This document shows, one piece after another, positions 25,402 to 38,160 of a DNA stretch of 64,000 nucleotides; the stretch's first letter is position 1; each line of letters opens with the position of its first letter. Made by a program: the position numbers and the translations under genes. The notes under the pieces were generated by a model that did not search any database, was not told the DNA's origin, and saw only the letters and a list, made by a program, of their open reading frames with translations. The stretch is from Azolla caroliniana (Eukaryota > Plantae > Polypodiophyta), in NCBI GenBank assembly GCA_043228905.1, contig JBHGNT010000015.1:8742001-8806000 (forward strand), written 5' to 3'.

Positions 25402-26144
25402 AAACAAAGTTTTTTGTATTTAGATCGTTGTTTGTAATTGATTACCATATGAGCAAGTCTTTGATTAACTGCTTCTTGACACTGTTTTGGTTTACTTATC
25501 CTCTATTTGAGTACACATCTTAGTGACTAATTTAATACCAATTTGATATGCAATGTACTAACTTTGATACATATATTTGTAAGAATGTGAATTTGATACT
25601 ATTTGAGGTCTCATCAACTTTGATAGTATTTGTAAGAATGTACTAACTTTGATAGTAAGAATGTCACTTGTTATGCACACATATGACATTGACGCTTGTT
25701 ATGGACACATATAGACAGGATATGTCTAGGTTAGTAAACACTTAGCACAGTATTAATACTATATTTTAATGCATATGAACATGGTATGTACACTTGAACA
25801 AACCATTGTATTAGTACTAGCAATTAACATGTTCAATGTGTTCCCTCATCTAGTCAACCACACCCTCATGAGTGTACCACACACTAGAAACATGTGTGGA
25901 ATGAACACTCCTATCTTAGATATCTCTAGGTTAGGAAACACTTAACATAGTTTTAGTAGTAACGAAAGATATTTTTCACCATAAATTGTATGTAAAAGAT
26001 ACATACATATCTAAACAAAACACCGAGATTAAGATCTTTGTCATTGCAAACTCATAAGAAAACCAAAGATGATATATTTCCATTCATTTGTAGGCCAGAG
26101 ATTACAAGACATGCGAATGTTACACATGAACAAAGCTTGCCATT

Positions 26145-29100
26145 CTAAGAATTAAAGAGGGAGACCTCCCCCAATATATGTTCGTGAACCTCTTTGGGGA
26201 CCTTGTAGACAGTGTTGTATCCCTTAACCTTGTGCTTTGCTTGACTCATAGTGAACTTGATTGCGATGACAGCGTCAGCATAGATTACTGCAGTGGGTGC
26301 ATCTTTTAATCATGCATACGTGTTCTTGCATTGTGGTAACTTTGCATAGTAGTTTCCATACACGACACACTCACCAACGTTGAACATGTTGCCCCAACCG
26401 TCCCTCACGACTTCTTCCAATATTGTATTTCCTTGCTTGCACACCACAATGTAGTAGTCTTCAAAATCTTCATTTTGAGGAGATTTGAGCACTGCAAAAT
26501 GATCTCCAACTTCCAATAATACTGCCAAGTCCTCACATTGGTTGTAGTATACAATATTGTTTGCATGTTCGTCTTCCTGGATATCCACACATTGTTCAAT
26601 CTCAAGCTTCTGTAGCTTCCATGGCTCCACAATTGATAGATTGGTGCATTCATCGTAAGCTTCATCTAAACACATGGAACAAAAGCACGATAAACTACGG
26701 AATAACAATCGTGTTGTGTCCCTGCGACTAAACCCTAAAACACAATGGGTCTTGCGTGTCCCTTTCATAGTTTTACAACCATACGATTTACTCCTATCCA
26801 CCTCATTAGCACCAACCACAATAAACAATCTATTCTTACAATCATCTGACATCTTCCATGTCAGCCACTCCACAACATCATGTGCATTTTGTAACTTTGC
26901 ACCTTTATTATCCAACCTTTCACTTGTAACTGGGTGTTTTACATGACAGTTAGCCAACAAACAGAGTTAGTGCATTACTGGAGCTTACATCTCTTAACAT
27001 GACTTAAACCAAAATTTCCACTAATGCACAAGAGAGGACAGTACTAAGTTATAAATGAAAAGAAATGAATGAGAGAGGACAATACTAAGTTATAAATTAA
27101 AAGAAATGAACAAGAGAGGACAATACTAAGTTATAAATTAAAAGAAATGAATGAGAGAGGATAGTACTAAGCTATTGATTAGTACTAATACATGAGAGAG
27201 GACAGTCCTAAGTTATAACTTGGTCTTAATGAACAAAGTTGGATAGTACTAAGTTAATAATTAGTAGTAATGAACAAAGTTGGACAATCATAAGTTATAA
27301 ACTCGTGTTAATGAACAAAGTTGGACAATACTAAGTTATTATTTAGTACTAATGCAGTAGAGAGACCCATCCTAATTAGTACTAATGAACAAAGTTAGTA
27401 ATAATGAACAAAGTTATAAATGAGTAGTAATGACCTAAAGAAGATAGTACTAATTTATTCGTTAGTACTAATGCACGACAGAGGACAGTGCTAAGTTACA
27501 AATTAGTACTCCTACATGTGGGATGACACCACAAAGTTATCAATTAGTACTTGTGAATGCGGGATTTGAGTACTAAGTTGTGAAACATAGTCAGTACTTG
27601 CATGTGGGATGATAGTACTAAGTTGTAAAATAAGGGTAATTTACAAGGCGTTGAACCGTAGTCAGTACTTGTGCATGTGGGATGATACTACTAAGTTGTA
27701 AAATAAGGATACTTTTCAAGGCTTTGAACGATACATACAACACTTACACCATAATTAGTACAAACATTTCAAGACAGTACTGGTGCATGTAGTAGGAGTA
27801 TTACTAATTGTATTTTATACAAACATTTTTTATGACTGTTCATATAATATTCATACTAGTAGGAAACTCAAGCAATAGATTATGTACTATGAAGTATTAC
27901 CAAAATAGACTTCGAGTTATAAATACCAATCATATGGATTATTTCCTTACCTTGCAATGAAGTAGAAGGACCGAGCCGCCTTAAATTGCGAGGCAACACC
28001 ATCAGACTAGACCCAATGGCGATAAAAGTTAACACCCAAGAACAATGTTGAACAAATAGCGTATCATGCTTTTTATCATCTGAAATATAGAATATTGCTT
28101 TCTTATGTAACTCACCATCTTTTCTCCAGTAGCAAATATGTACAAGTATTGTACATTGGTCATTGTACCAATGCATTGACTGAACCTCATTTTGAACTTT
28201 AAAGGTATAATTCTCTACAAAGTCAATAACAGATACCATAACATCCGGCGGTAAGTTATTTATACATTCCTTGAACTGTGAATTTTGCCAATAACTCCTA
28301 AAGTTATGTGGAATGAACTCCCCGAGTTGCTTCTTAAACACTGAGACAAGGGTAGCAGCACATGTCTCCTTATATACTTCCTTGATACGCTTACTAACAA
28401 GACCCTTACCTATATTTTCTGTCACATACTCTAAATATTTCCATTTCACAATATGACAGTTATCCACGTCAACCTCCTGTCTACAAAATAACGGTTGTGG
28501 GCAAACCTTACATGTTCTAACAAGACATGTACGATTATGCCACTCAGATGATGGTTGTTTTTCACAAACAAAAGACCTCCATAACTCAGAAATTGTTGCA
28601 TAAGTCATGTTTCGCGCATTACATCTATTACCACTCCCATTTGGTCTACATACCTCACAAGTGCAAACACACCAATCCCCGTGTATACCCTTAGAATTAG
28701 TACGCATACTGTTCACGCCAAGCCTTAACATGTCCATTTTAATGTGGTACACACAACAACATGTGTTCCTCTCCTTTAACTTTCTAACAAAAAATGGTTT
28801 CAAACCTTGGAACCTGCGAAATCCAAGATTGATGCTAGGATGTTGGTCTTTGAAGTTCATGAACAATTCAGCCTACATCACTCAATAAAGAGGCAACATT
28901 AATAGAAGCATTTAGTAAACAACAAAATATTTAAAACCAAATAGATAAAAAATTGAATTACCTCAGTCATCTCCAAGAAGTGTCTTGGGTGAATCTGGTA
29001 CCTACCCCGACTTATATGTTGTCTACATACATCTTTTTTATTCGGTGAGACACGTGTGTTTTTTGCCCAAAAGAAACCCACTTCCTCAATAATCTCATGA

Positions 29101-29567
29101 GACAATGCATCACATTGTCGTCTACGACCTAACCCCAACCACTTAAATTGATTTGATTGTATATTTGTCCGATGCTTCCTCAAGTTCCTTCTTTGGATAC
29201 CAAGTGCTAAGGCAACTTTAGTATCACTATATTTTTTTTTAGTTGTACCATTTACAACCATGTGAAGGGCTGCTCTCTTTGCACCAAGCTTATCTATGCT
29301 CTCTACCCCTTTCACTAAGTGTAGGGATGACTTCATACACTCTACGATTTCCTCTGAAACACATTGGTCCCTAAACTTAATATTCTCCATGTCTTCATTC
29401 AAAAGTTGATTGTGCAACACTCTAGAGATAATATCCCTACGATCCTCCTAGCTAAATCTCTCAATTACTTCTAGTAAATAATGGACTATGTGAAGAACCA
29501 ACCGTCTCTTGCTCCTCTCAGACATAGATTTGCTAAGGGACACCTCGCTCTCCTCATCGACGACCAT
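26145..29567 (-). pseudogene. Sola2-like transposase, copy B
   Basis: ORFs 28899-29420, 27880-28866 and 26310-26960 closely match copy A. There is a frameshifting deletion before the SDG motif, the HGKG..DG segment is missing, and there are stops. Confidence 0.85.
27030..27800. repeat. About 40-bp degenerate AGTACT-rich tandem array in transposase intron 2 of copy B
   Basis: Recurring GAGAGGACAGTACTAAGTTATAAATTA...AATGAAC. Confidence 0.8.
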
Positions 29568-30546
29568 TGTCACTCTCATATATTCCAACACCTAATTTCT
29601 TGTTATTTCAGCACCTAATTAATTAGAATAAGTGCTTAATACATCATAAAATAAACATAGTTAATAACCCCATAGCATAAACATCAACTGGAAATTGGAT
29701 AAACATTTGAGAGTTTGCCATAGTCATATATTCGTTTTCCAAAACAATTAACTTTTAAGAAATAATTGCATCAATTAACTTGTTGTTTGAAATACATAAG
29801 TTTTATGACTCACAAGATGATGAGATGCATGCATACTATTTACATCATGAAGTCTTCTTAACTAGAGTTTAAGACTAAGATAAGTATAACATAACTCATG
29901 TTATGCATGAGTTCATAACACAAACACTATTCATTTGCTTTTTCCATAAAAAATGCATGTTTATCAAGCCTTATTAACATATTGGTATTCATGTTAAACA
30001 TTTCAACCCAAACCTTAACATGGATCAATTTAAGACTCCCCTGAAGATTTCCAGAACATGCAAAAACAATTTATGTTTAGCGTTTTCCATGATGAATAAC
30101 TTATGTCAACTCAAACTGTATATTTTGTTGCTCCTAGCTGGTCATTTTACAAGCCCAGCCTAGATGTTGCTAATCCATTATATCATTAAAACATCCACAA
30201 TGATCAGTAAAATGACCAGAAGCACTTGGTTGAAACCATTGGTTAGAACATTACAGACTCCAAATATGCAGGTTCTAACCACTTGGTTGGTGTAAATATT
30301 TCAGATTCATGTTATCATGTCATGTTTACATTATTTTAAGATTCCTATTCAACATTAATCTTCATACGTGCTAATTTAAGATTGCTAGAGTATACATTCA
30401 ATTAACAGTACTGTATAGAAATAACCACTTTATAGAAATAGGCGCAGACATACCGAGTGAAAGAGAAGATGGAGAAGACATACCGATGGAAGGAGAAGAT
30501 GGGGAAGACGAGTGACGCAGAGAATAGCAAATCAGGTTTCGCGTGC

Positions 30547-30706
30547 GTTGTGAAGACCTGAGTTGGAAGGCGGAAGACCAGAGAGCACTGTGAAGACCTG
30601 AGTTGGAAGGCGGAAGACCAGAGAGCGCTGTGAAGACCTGAGTTGGAAGGCGAAAGACCAAAGTGTGTTGTGAAGACCTGCATTGTCTCAGTTGGAAGGC
30701 GGAAGA
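30547..30706. repeat. 40-bp tandem repeat (about 4 copies) upstream of the copy B transposase
   Basis: TGTGAAGACCTGAGTTGGAAGGCGGAAGACCAGAGAGCAC. Confidence 0.9.
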
Positions 30707-31119
30707 GGAGAAGCGCCAAAAGGATTTAATGTGGCATCCTAAATTAAACGTGAGGGGGAAATAGCCCCCAAAACAGTCTTGAATTCATAGCAACTGTCCC
30801 CCCACCCATTCCCTGTCTTTAATGCAACGTACACCACTCCCTAAAAAGATTTTAATTATTTTTTATTTTTTTTAAATCACTCAGTACTAACAGTACTCGT
30901 GTTTTTTTTGGCCAACAACAATACATTTTTGGTACACCGTAGCGTGCTTCAACCCCTAGGACATTCTCGAATATAAAGTAATATAGAATATTCTTATGAT
31001 ATTAGATTATATATTCTAAAAACCATACACATAAACATGTTACTACAATGGTTAAGGATTTGACATGTGTATAACAAGGTTGTGTGTTCAAATCCTTTCG
31101 AGGCATCATGTGAGTGTTG

Positions 31120-34100
31120 TCATGACACTATCCCCTTTCTTCGACGACACATCTCACGGGTCGTAGGGCTTGTAGTAGGACCTGGTTTATGAGGATGAAA
31201 TGTGGTGACCATGTTCGAGGCATTGGAAAGATTTGTTGCAGATTCCCAAGTTCGATCATTGGGGGTATAGCCTACCCAATCAACTAAGTAATACAACTTG
31301 TTGCGCACGATTTTAGAATCAAGAATGGCAGTAACCTCAAATTCGGGTCCTTCCAAGAACTCAATAGGTGGTGGGGGAGTTATATGACGACTCGGAATTG
31401 AACTTGTGGTGTAAGGTTCTGCAAGGGATACATGAAACAACAAATGAAGACACATGTAAGGGATGCCAAGACGAAATGCAACATCACTTATCTTACCAGT
31501 GATCATGTATGGGCCAAAACGTTGGTAATCCAATTTACCGCAAGGCCGACATGTCTTGATGTTGTGTTGGAGAAGCCATACACAATCCCCAACACAGAAT
31601 TTTTTTGAGGAATCTAGGCGATGACGATCCACAAACCTCTTGTATGTAACTGGAGCATCATGAAATTGTGAAGAATGGTAGCATGAATTTCTTGGAGGCA
31701 ACTAAGAAGATCCTCAGTAGCAGGGTTGGTAGGCGTTTCCAGATGCGCATTCATTGTCCACCAAGGATGACATCCCGTATTTGCAAAAAATGGGGAATAT
31801 CCCGTAGATGAATGGACCGAGTTGTTGTAAGAGAATTCAGCCAAGTGCAGAAAATCAACCCAATCATCTTGTTGGTAGTTGATGAAACAACGAAGATATT
31901 GCTCCAATGTCTAGTTGGTACACTCCGTTTGGTCATTAGTCTCAGGATGATAGCCCGAAGAAAGCTTGGCCGAAATTTGGAGAATTTTGAGTGTGTGCTT
32001 CCAAAACTTTGAGATAAATTGTGGAGCCCGATCACTAATAATATCATCTAGAAGACCATGGTGTTTAAATACCTCCCACATAACTAGATCGACCGCCTCT
32101 TGATTAGTAATAAACTTCGTACATGGCAAGAAATGTGCCATTTTGGTAAGTCGATCAACCACTGTAAGAATTGCATCATAACCTTTTGAAACTGGGAGAT
32201 CGGTAATGAAATCCAAGGATATAGACTTCCAAGGATTTTTTGGAATGGGAAGTGGTTGTAGTAAGCCATAGGATCGGTGTCGAGGACTCTTTGATCGAGA
32301 AAATGTATCATAGCTGCGAACATAGTCCTCAACAAAATGACGAAGGCGAGGTCACCAATATTGTGGAGAAATTAATTCTAGAGTTTTGCGTACTCCAAAA
32401 GGTCCAGCTATTGGTGAGTCATGGCAATGTTGTAAAACTTGTAGTTGCGGGGGACCATCAGGAACATACAATAGGTTTTGTCCAAATAGAAAACCACCAT
32501 GCCAATAGAACTAACGATAATCATTATGAGGGTTTTTTGATTGCGAGGAAGATGCACGATCTGGGACAATATGATCCAAAACATCCTTGGCGAATTTATC
32601 AGTGGCCATATGATCTCGAATGGAATCAAGACGAGTGGAATCTTCAAGTGTTTTTATGGCATTAACTACCATTAATCGTAGGCGATTAGAACCCAAAAGG
32701 ATTTGTTTTTTATGCTTAAATGCAGGTTCCCCTGGATAAAGTTCCATATAAGAGCATTGAGAAAGCGCATCTACTTTGCCTTGCTGCATCCCAGGGCGAT
32801 ATATGATTACAAAGTCGAAGTGGGTCAAAAATTGTGCCCACCGGGCTTGTCGCCGACTCAACACTCAAGCATTTTGAAAATATGTCAGGTTCTTATGATC
32901 ATTGTAGACAATGATCTGCTGAGAATAGCCTTCTAGAAAATGTCGCCATTGTTGAAAAGAATCCACGATTGCAAGAAGTTCTTTGTCATGGATCTCGTAG
33001 TTGATCTCTATAGCTTCAAACTTTCGAGAATGAAAGGCAATGGGGTGTAGCTCTCCACCATCTCCAGTCTGCAATAGGACACTTCCTAATGCAAAATCAG
33101 ATGCATCAGTTTCAAGGATGAAGCATTTTGCTGGGTCAACATGTGCTAAAATAGGTGTCATTGTAAACGCCTGTTTTAAACTTTCAAATGCCTCAGCTGC
33201 ATCTAAACTCCATATGAATGGTTCATTTTTGTGTGTGAGTTGAGTGAGCGGAAGCACAACCTTAGAATAATTTTTAATAAATTTCTGATAAAAGTTTGCA
33301 AACCCGAGAAAACATTGCACATCGCACATTGAAACGGGCGTCTGCCACTCTAAAATTGCTTGAACCTTCATCGGGTCCATAGAAATACCATCTGATGATA
33401 CAACGTACCCCAAAAATTCCACTTGATTCTGGCCAAAACTACACTTTTCTAATTTTGCGTAGAGACCATATTCTCGTAGTCGACGTAGTAACCAACAAAC
33501 ATGTTCATCATGGTTCTCTTGGGTCTTCGAGTAGATCAAAATGTCATCTAGGTAAAGTATAGCGAAGATTTTGAGAAAATCTCGAAAAATATCATTCGCC
33601 ATATGCTGGAAAACTGCAGGTGCATTCGTAAGACCGAATGGCATCACAGTATACTCGAAATGTCCATAGCGAGTGCGAAAAGCAGTCTTCCATTCTTCTC
33701 CCGAACGAATCCGAACTAGATTATATGCACCACGAAGGTCCAATTTAGTGAAATATTTGGCTCCACTAAGATGTTCCAAAAGATTCATGATTAATGGTAG
33801 AGCATATTTATTCCGGATGGTCACTTTGTTTAACCCTCGATAATCTACGACCGACCGAAGAGACCCATTCTTTTTCTTAACGAAGAAGATAGGTGCACCA
33901 GCAGGGGATCCAGAATGTTGAATGAATCCATTTGCGAGATTCTCGTCGATATATTCCCGCAAAGTCTCTAGCTCTACAAGGGAGAGATTATAAATTGGGC
34001 CCCATGGAGGTTATTTCGCTGGTTGTAAATCAATAGGGTAGTCGTATGGCTGATGCTCTGGCAATGTATTGGCCTTCACCTTATCAAAGACGTCGGAGAA

Positions 34101-35520
34101 CTCTTTGTATTTCTCTGGTAGTTTAATGTCCCCTTCATGTAAGGTGGATGATGGAGTTGCTACTATTGCAAATACAAACATATCCTCGGTCCCCCCTTCC
34201 TCACGTAATTGGCGTAAAGAGATGGTCAATAACTTATGGAATCTAGTATCAAATGTCGGAAAATTGAGGGATGTGAGCTTTGTTCTTTCTTCCTGGGTCT
34301 CCTCAATTGTCCTTTTCATCCAATCAATCTTCGGGTTATGGAGTTCAAACCAAGGGAGAACTAAAACTATTGGGTGTTCCGGACTGGAAATAATGTTGAA
34401 AGAGATTATGCTTGCCAAATCGCCAAGAACTATACGGATTGGCTCAGGCTCCTCGACTATATCACATGATGCCATGGGACGACCATCAATGACTCCTACG
34501 GCTACTAGGTTCGGGAGTTTATTCAAAAGGATGTTTTGTGGCAATGCAAATTCAAGATCCATTAAACAAGAGTTGGCTCCAGAATCTAGGAGGGTAGAGG
34601 CTAGGACTCGATGACATGTAGATGTGGTAAGCTCAACTTGTGCAGGAAAAACTCTACTCACTTGACTAGATGAAATGGAACCACGACTAGAAATCCCTTG
34701 TAATGGGTTTGGAAACTTGTGGAGGCGTTGCGACTACATATGCATACGTCTGTTCCAGTTGGCGACGTAACATTTGTTGGCACTCAAAACTTCACTCAAA
34801 TAGGTGATTATCACATCGCACGGCTCGACTAATGGCCTCTGTTAGAGACTTTGGATCTTCATTGAAAGTAAGAAGAATATCTTTGACATCATTACGCAAA
34901 CCTTGACGGAATTGATCCATTAAGGCCGCCTCATCCCAAGGGATATCACATGCCAAAACACGGAAATTAGTTGCGTAAACCGACGTGGAATGATCTCCTT
35001 GTCGGAGCCTTCAAATCTTGTTTATCATCGTCCTAGTGTTGTTGGTGTCTCCGAAACTAGCTTGAAACTCTTTAACAAATGCTTCAAAATTCTCCAGCAA
35101 TGGTGATTTCTTCTCGAGAAGTGGTGCAAACCATACTAATGTTGTACCACATAGCAAGGCTCCCACTAATCCCACACGAGCAACATCGGTTGGGTACTGA
35201 TTGGAATGTAACCGAATAACCAAATGGACTTGATTCAAGAAGCCTTGAAATAAAGACCTCGTACCATCAAACTTGGCAGGGAGGCTAATCTTTGGTTCTC
35301 GAGGGGAGTTTTGAGCCCCCGACGCTTGTTCTCATAATGATAATATAGTAGCCTCGAGTTGATGAACCCACTGTGATAACTTTTCATATTATTGAGCTTC
35401 TTCGGTACTCACTTGTCGCCCAATCGTCTTTGATTTTCATGCTCTAATGCCACAAATTTATTCGTGAGCATGTCCAGCTCAGAAAGAACACGCATGTATT
35501 CTTGTTTGCTCACGGCCTCC
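31120..35520 (-). pseudogene. gag-pol: Chromovirus gag-pol, copy 1 (stops and frameshifts)
   Basis: ORFs 35011-35238, 34011-34661, 32865-33962, 32511-32864, 31911-32216, 31614-31907 and 31120-31701 run in the order gag-PR-RT-RH-INT-chromodomain. Confidence 0.9.
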
Positions 35521-37297
35521 ATAACTTACGAGGAGAGAGGAGAAGAAAGAAGAGAACTTGTTGTCAAAACCAAGAGAAAAGATAGAATGGTGGAAGAAAG
35601 ATTGAAAGGGATCACAAGAAGAGAGGAATGAAGTGATACGAGAAGAATGAATGTATTAATAAAATAGAATGAAAATGGATACAAGATAGGCGATGAAAAC
35701 TTAATACTGGTGACGAGTGGAAGTCGTTGTTCACAATGTAGGGCCTGGTTTGTTTGGATAACGGTGATGGAAGTCTTCGACAAGAGCTTGAGCATTAGAA
35801 ACATTATTGATGGGTTCCCAAGTGTGATCACTCGGAGGATCGCCTACCCAATCAACCAGATAATAGAGCTTATTCTGCACAATCTTAGAAAATAGGCCGT
35901 CAACAAGTTGGATAGAGGGCGGAGGTGGCACAACACGATTAGGAATGGAAGACATGTGGCAAGGTTCCAAAAGAGAGCTATGAAAGACTAGGTGAAACCG
36001 CATGTGTGCTGGAAGATTAAGACAAAAGGTGGCATCGTTAATACGCGCAATGATGAGAAAAGGACCTAAGCACTGATAATAGAGCTTCTCACATGGTCGG
36101 GTAGTCTTGATGTGATGACGAAGCAACAATACTTGGTCACCAACCTTAAAAGGAGACTTAAGACAATGCCGATCTGCGTTGGTCTTATGTTGTGCTTGAG
36201 TTGTCTAAAGATGTGAAGATAATGCTAACTGGATTCGATGTAGCCAATGAAGATGATGCTCAACACTAGGATTTCGTGCAACCTTGGGAAGATCCAAGAT
36301 GCACCATCGAGAATGGTTGCCAGTGTAGGCAAAGAAAGGTGTAACCTTGGTAGAAGAATGTACTGCATTGTTGTATGCAAACTCAGCAAGATGTAAAATA
36401 TTACTCCAATCATCTTGTTGATAACTGATGAAGCATCGAAGATACTGTTCGAGCGTTTGATTTGTGCGATCTGTTTGTCCCTCGGTTGGTGGATGATAAT
36501 CCAAAGAGAGTTTGTAGGAGATTTTGAGGCTTGCCCATATGTGCTTCCAAAAGTGAAAGATAAATTGAGGACCACGATCGGTAATTATATCGTCTGGAAG
36601 ACCATGATGGTGAAACACTTCACGCATAACGATATCTGCGGTTTCTTGACTATTGATGCTCTTTACACATGGTAAAAAATGTGTCATCTTGGTAAATTGA
36701 TCCACTACTTTTAAAATAGTATCAAATCCGTTTGAAGGTGGCAGATCCGTAATGAAATCCATAGAAATAGATTCTCATGGCTTGGTTGGAGGCGGTAATG
36801 GTTGTAACAATCCATAAGGATGATTCTTGGGTATTTTGGCTCGACAACAGGTGTCACATGTAAGAACATAATCTTCGACAAACTTTTGCAAATGAGGCCA
36901 CCAAAACGAGCATTTCACCAACTCCATGGTCTTTGCAATACCAAAATGTCCAGCCATAGGGGCATCATGACAATGCTCTAATACTTGAAGGCGGGGTGAT
37001 CCATCAGGGACGTAAAGGAGATTCTTGTAAAAGAGTAAGCCATCTTGCCACTTGAATTCCTGATAATGTTGAGATGAAACTTGCAATGTGGAGCAAGATG
37101 CATGGCTTGGACTAATTTGGGCCGAGACATCCTTAGCGAAATCATCAGAGTGAAGTTGTTGCCGAATAGTATCAACAAGGCATGAATCAAGCGGTGTGGC
37201 ATAAATTGTTGTTGCTTGTAGCTTTGATGGTCCTAGGAGAATTTGCTTTTGGTTGTCGACGGCGGGATCTCCAGGTCGAGGTGTGAGATATGAACGT

Positions 37298-38160
37298 TGT
37301 CATAGTGTATTTTGTACACTACATGAAAAACTTATAAAGTAACGTTTTAGTAAATATGAAGAAATAGAAGAAAATGTCAAAATAAATAATACATGCATAG
37401 GGCAAGATTCAAACCTTGCACCTCCATGTTAATAATGTGAAACCTTACCATTACACTAGCATTTCATTAGTGTTAAAAAGTAGATGTCTCACATAGAAAA
37501 GTAAGTTCACCTAGGATAAACTTTAGTTAAAAGAAAAATGCATGCTAAAAGAAAAATCTACACATGCACATCTAGCGTGCATGAACGTTATAGTCGATAA
37601 AAAAAAACGCACAAGTTAAAAAAACCATGATCACTTTAGATAAAGCATATAGTCTATCTATAGGAAAAGCATGGAGTCTATAGCTAGAGGAAAAGCATGG
37701 ATTACTAAGACTCCCTCATCACTACATAAGGATGGGGAGCAAAATGTAAGGTGTGTGAAATACTTGGGAAATTGGATATATTTCCTAAAACACCAATTAA
37801 TAAAATATATTCGTGGGATTCACAAATTTTTATATAATCTACTCTTCCAATTTATGCTAAATTGTTATTAGGATTCTAAATATTAATAAATCTAATTATA
37901 TATACTTGTGGGATTCACAAGTTCTTTTATCTTTTTCAAATAATCTATACATAACTATAAACTTGTCTCAAATTCTTCCTCCTCCTAGTCCAAAACCCCA
38001 GTGGTTCACGCAACAATCCAGCACCGAAAGGCACGACAACGGCGAGATAGAGCATCTGCCTTTCCTTCTTGCTTCCCGGGGCAGAAAATGATCTTGAAAT
38101 CAAAAGAGTTAAAAATTGTGCTCACCGAGCTTGTCTCCTATTTTCGGCTTCCGCATCCGC
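37298..38160 (+). mobile_element. Gypsy 5' LTR (37298-38038) with a short leader, related to the LTR at 50064-50732
   Basis: TGTCATAGTGT...GGCACGACA is collinear with the reverse complement of 50064-50732. A degenerate PBS-like sequence follows. Host RNase H sequence is missing at the junction. Confidence 0.7.

Larger units (their letters stand above)
20455..30955 (-). mobile_element. Sola2-like DNA transposon, copy B (10,501 bp)
   Basis: Termini GGGTGAAAACACGCTACGGTGTAC and GTACACCGTAGCGTGCTTCAACCC. TSD CTAG (20451-20454 and 30956-30959). Same two-gene layout as copy A, inverted. Confidence 0.85.
19990..31127 (-). repeat. 3' LTR of chromovirus copy 1 (about 630 bp; 19990-20454 plus 30960-31127), split by Sola2-like copy B
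   Basis: TGTCATGA...TCACAACA termini; TAGAATATTCTAG-type repeats continue on both sides of the insert. The distal end is inferred without a second LTR for comparison. Confidence 0.7.
19990..35700 (-). mobile_element. Chromodomain-containing Ty3/gypsy (chromovirus-like) copy 1; 5' LTR missing
   Basis: Gag about 34700-35520, protease LLDSGA, RT ([23 protein letters not shown]), RNase H, integrase (MDFITDLP, SDRAPQF), chromodomain (YYLVDWVGY...TWE). PPT AAAGGGGATAG is followed by the LTR start TGTCATGA at 31127. Confidence 0.9.
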
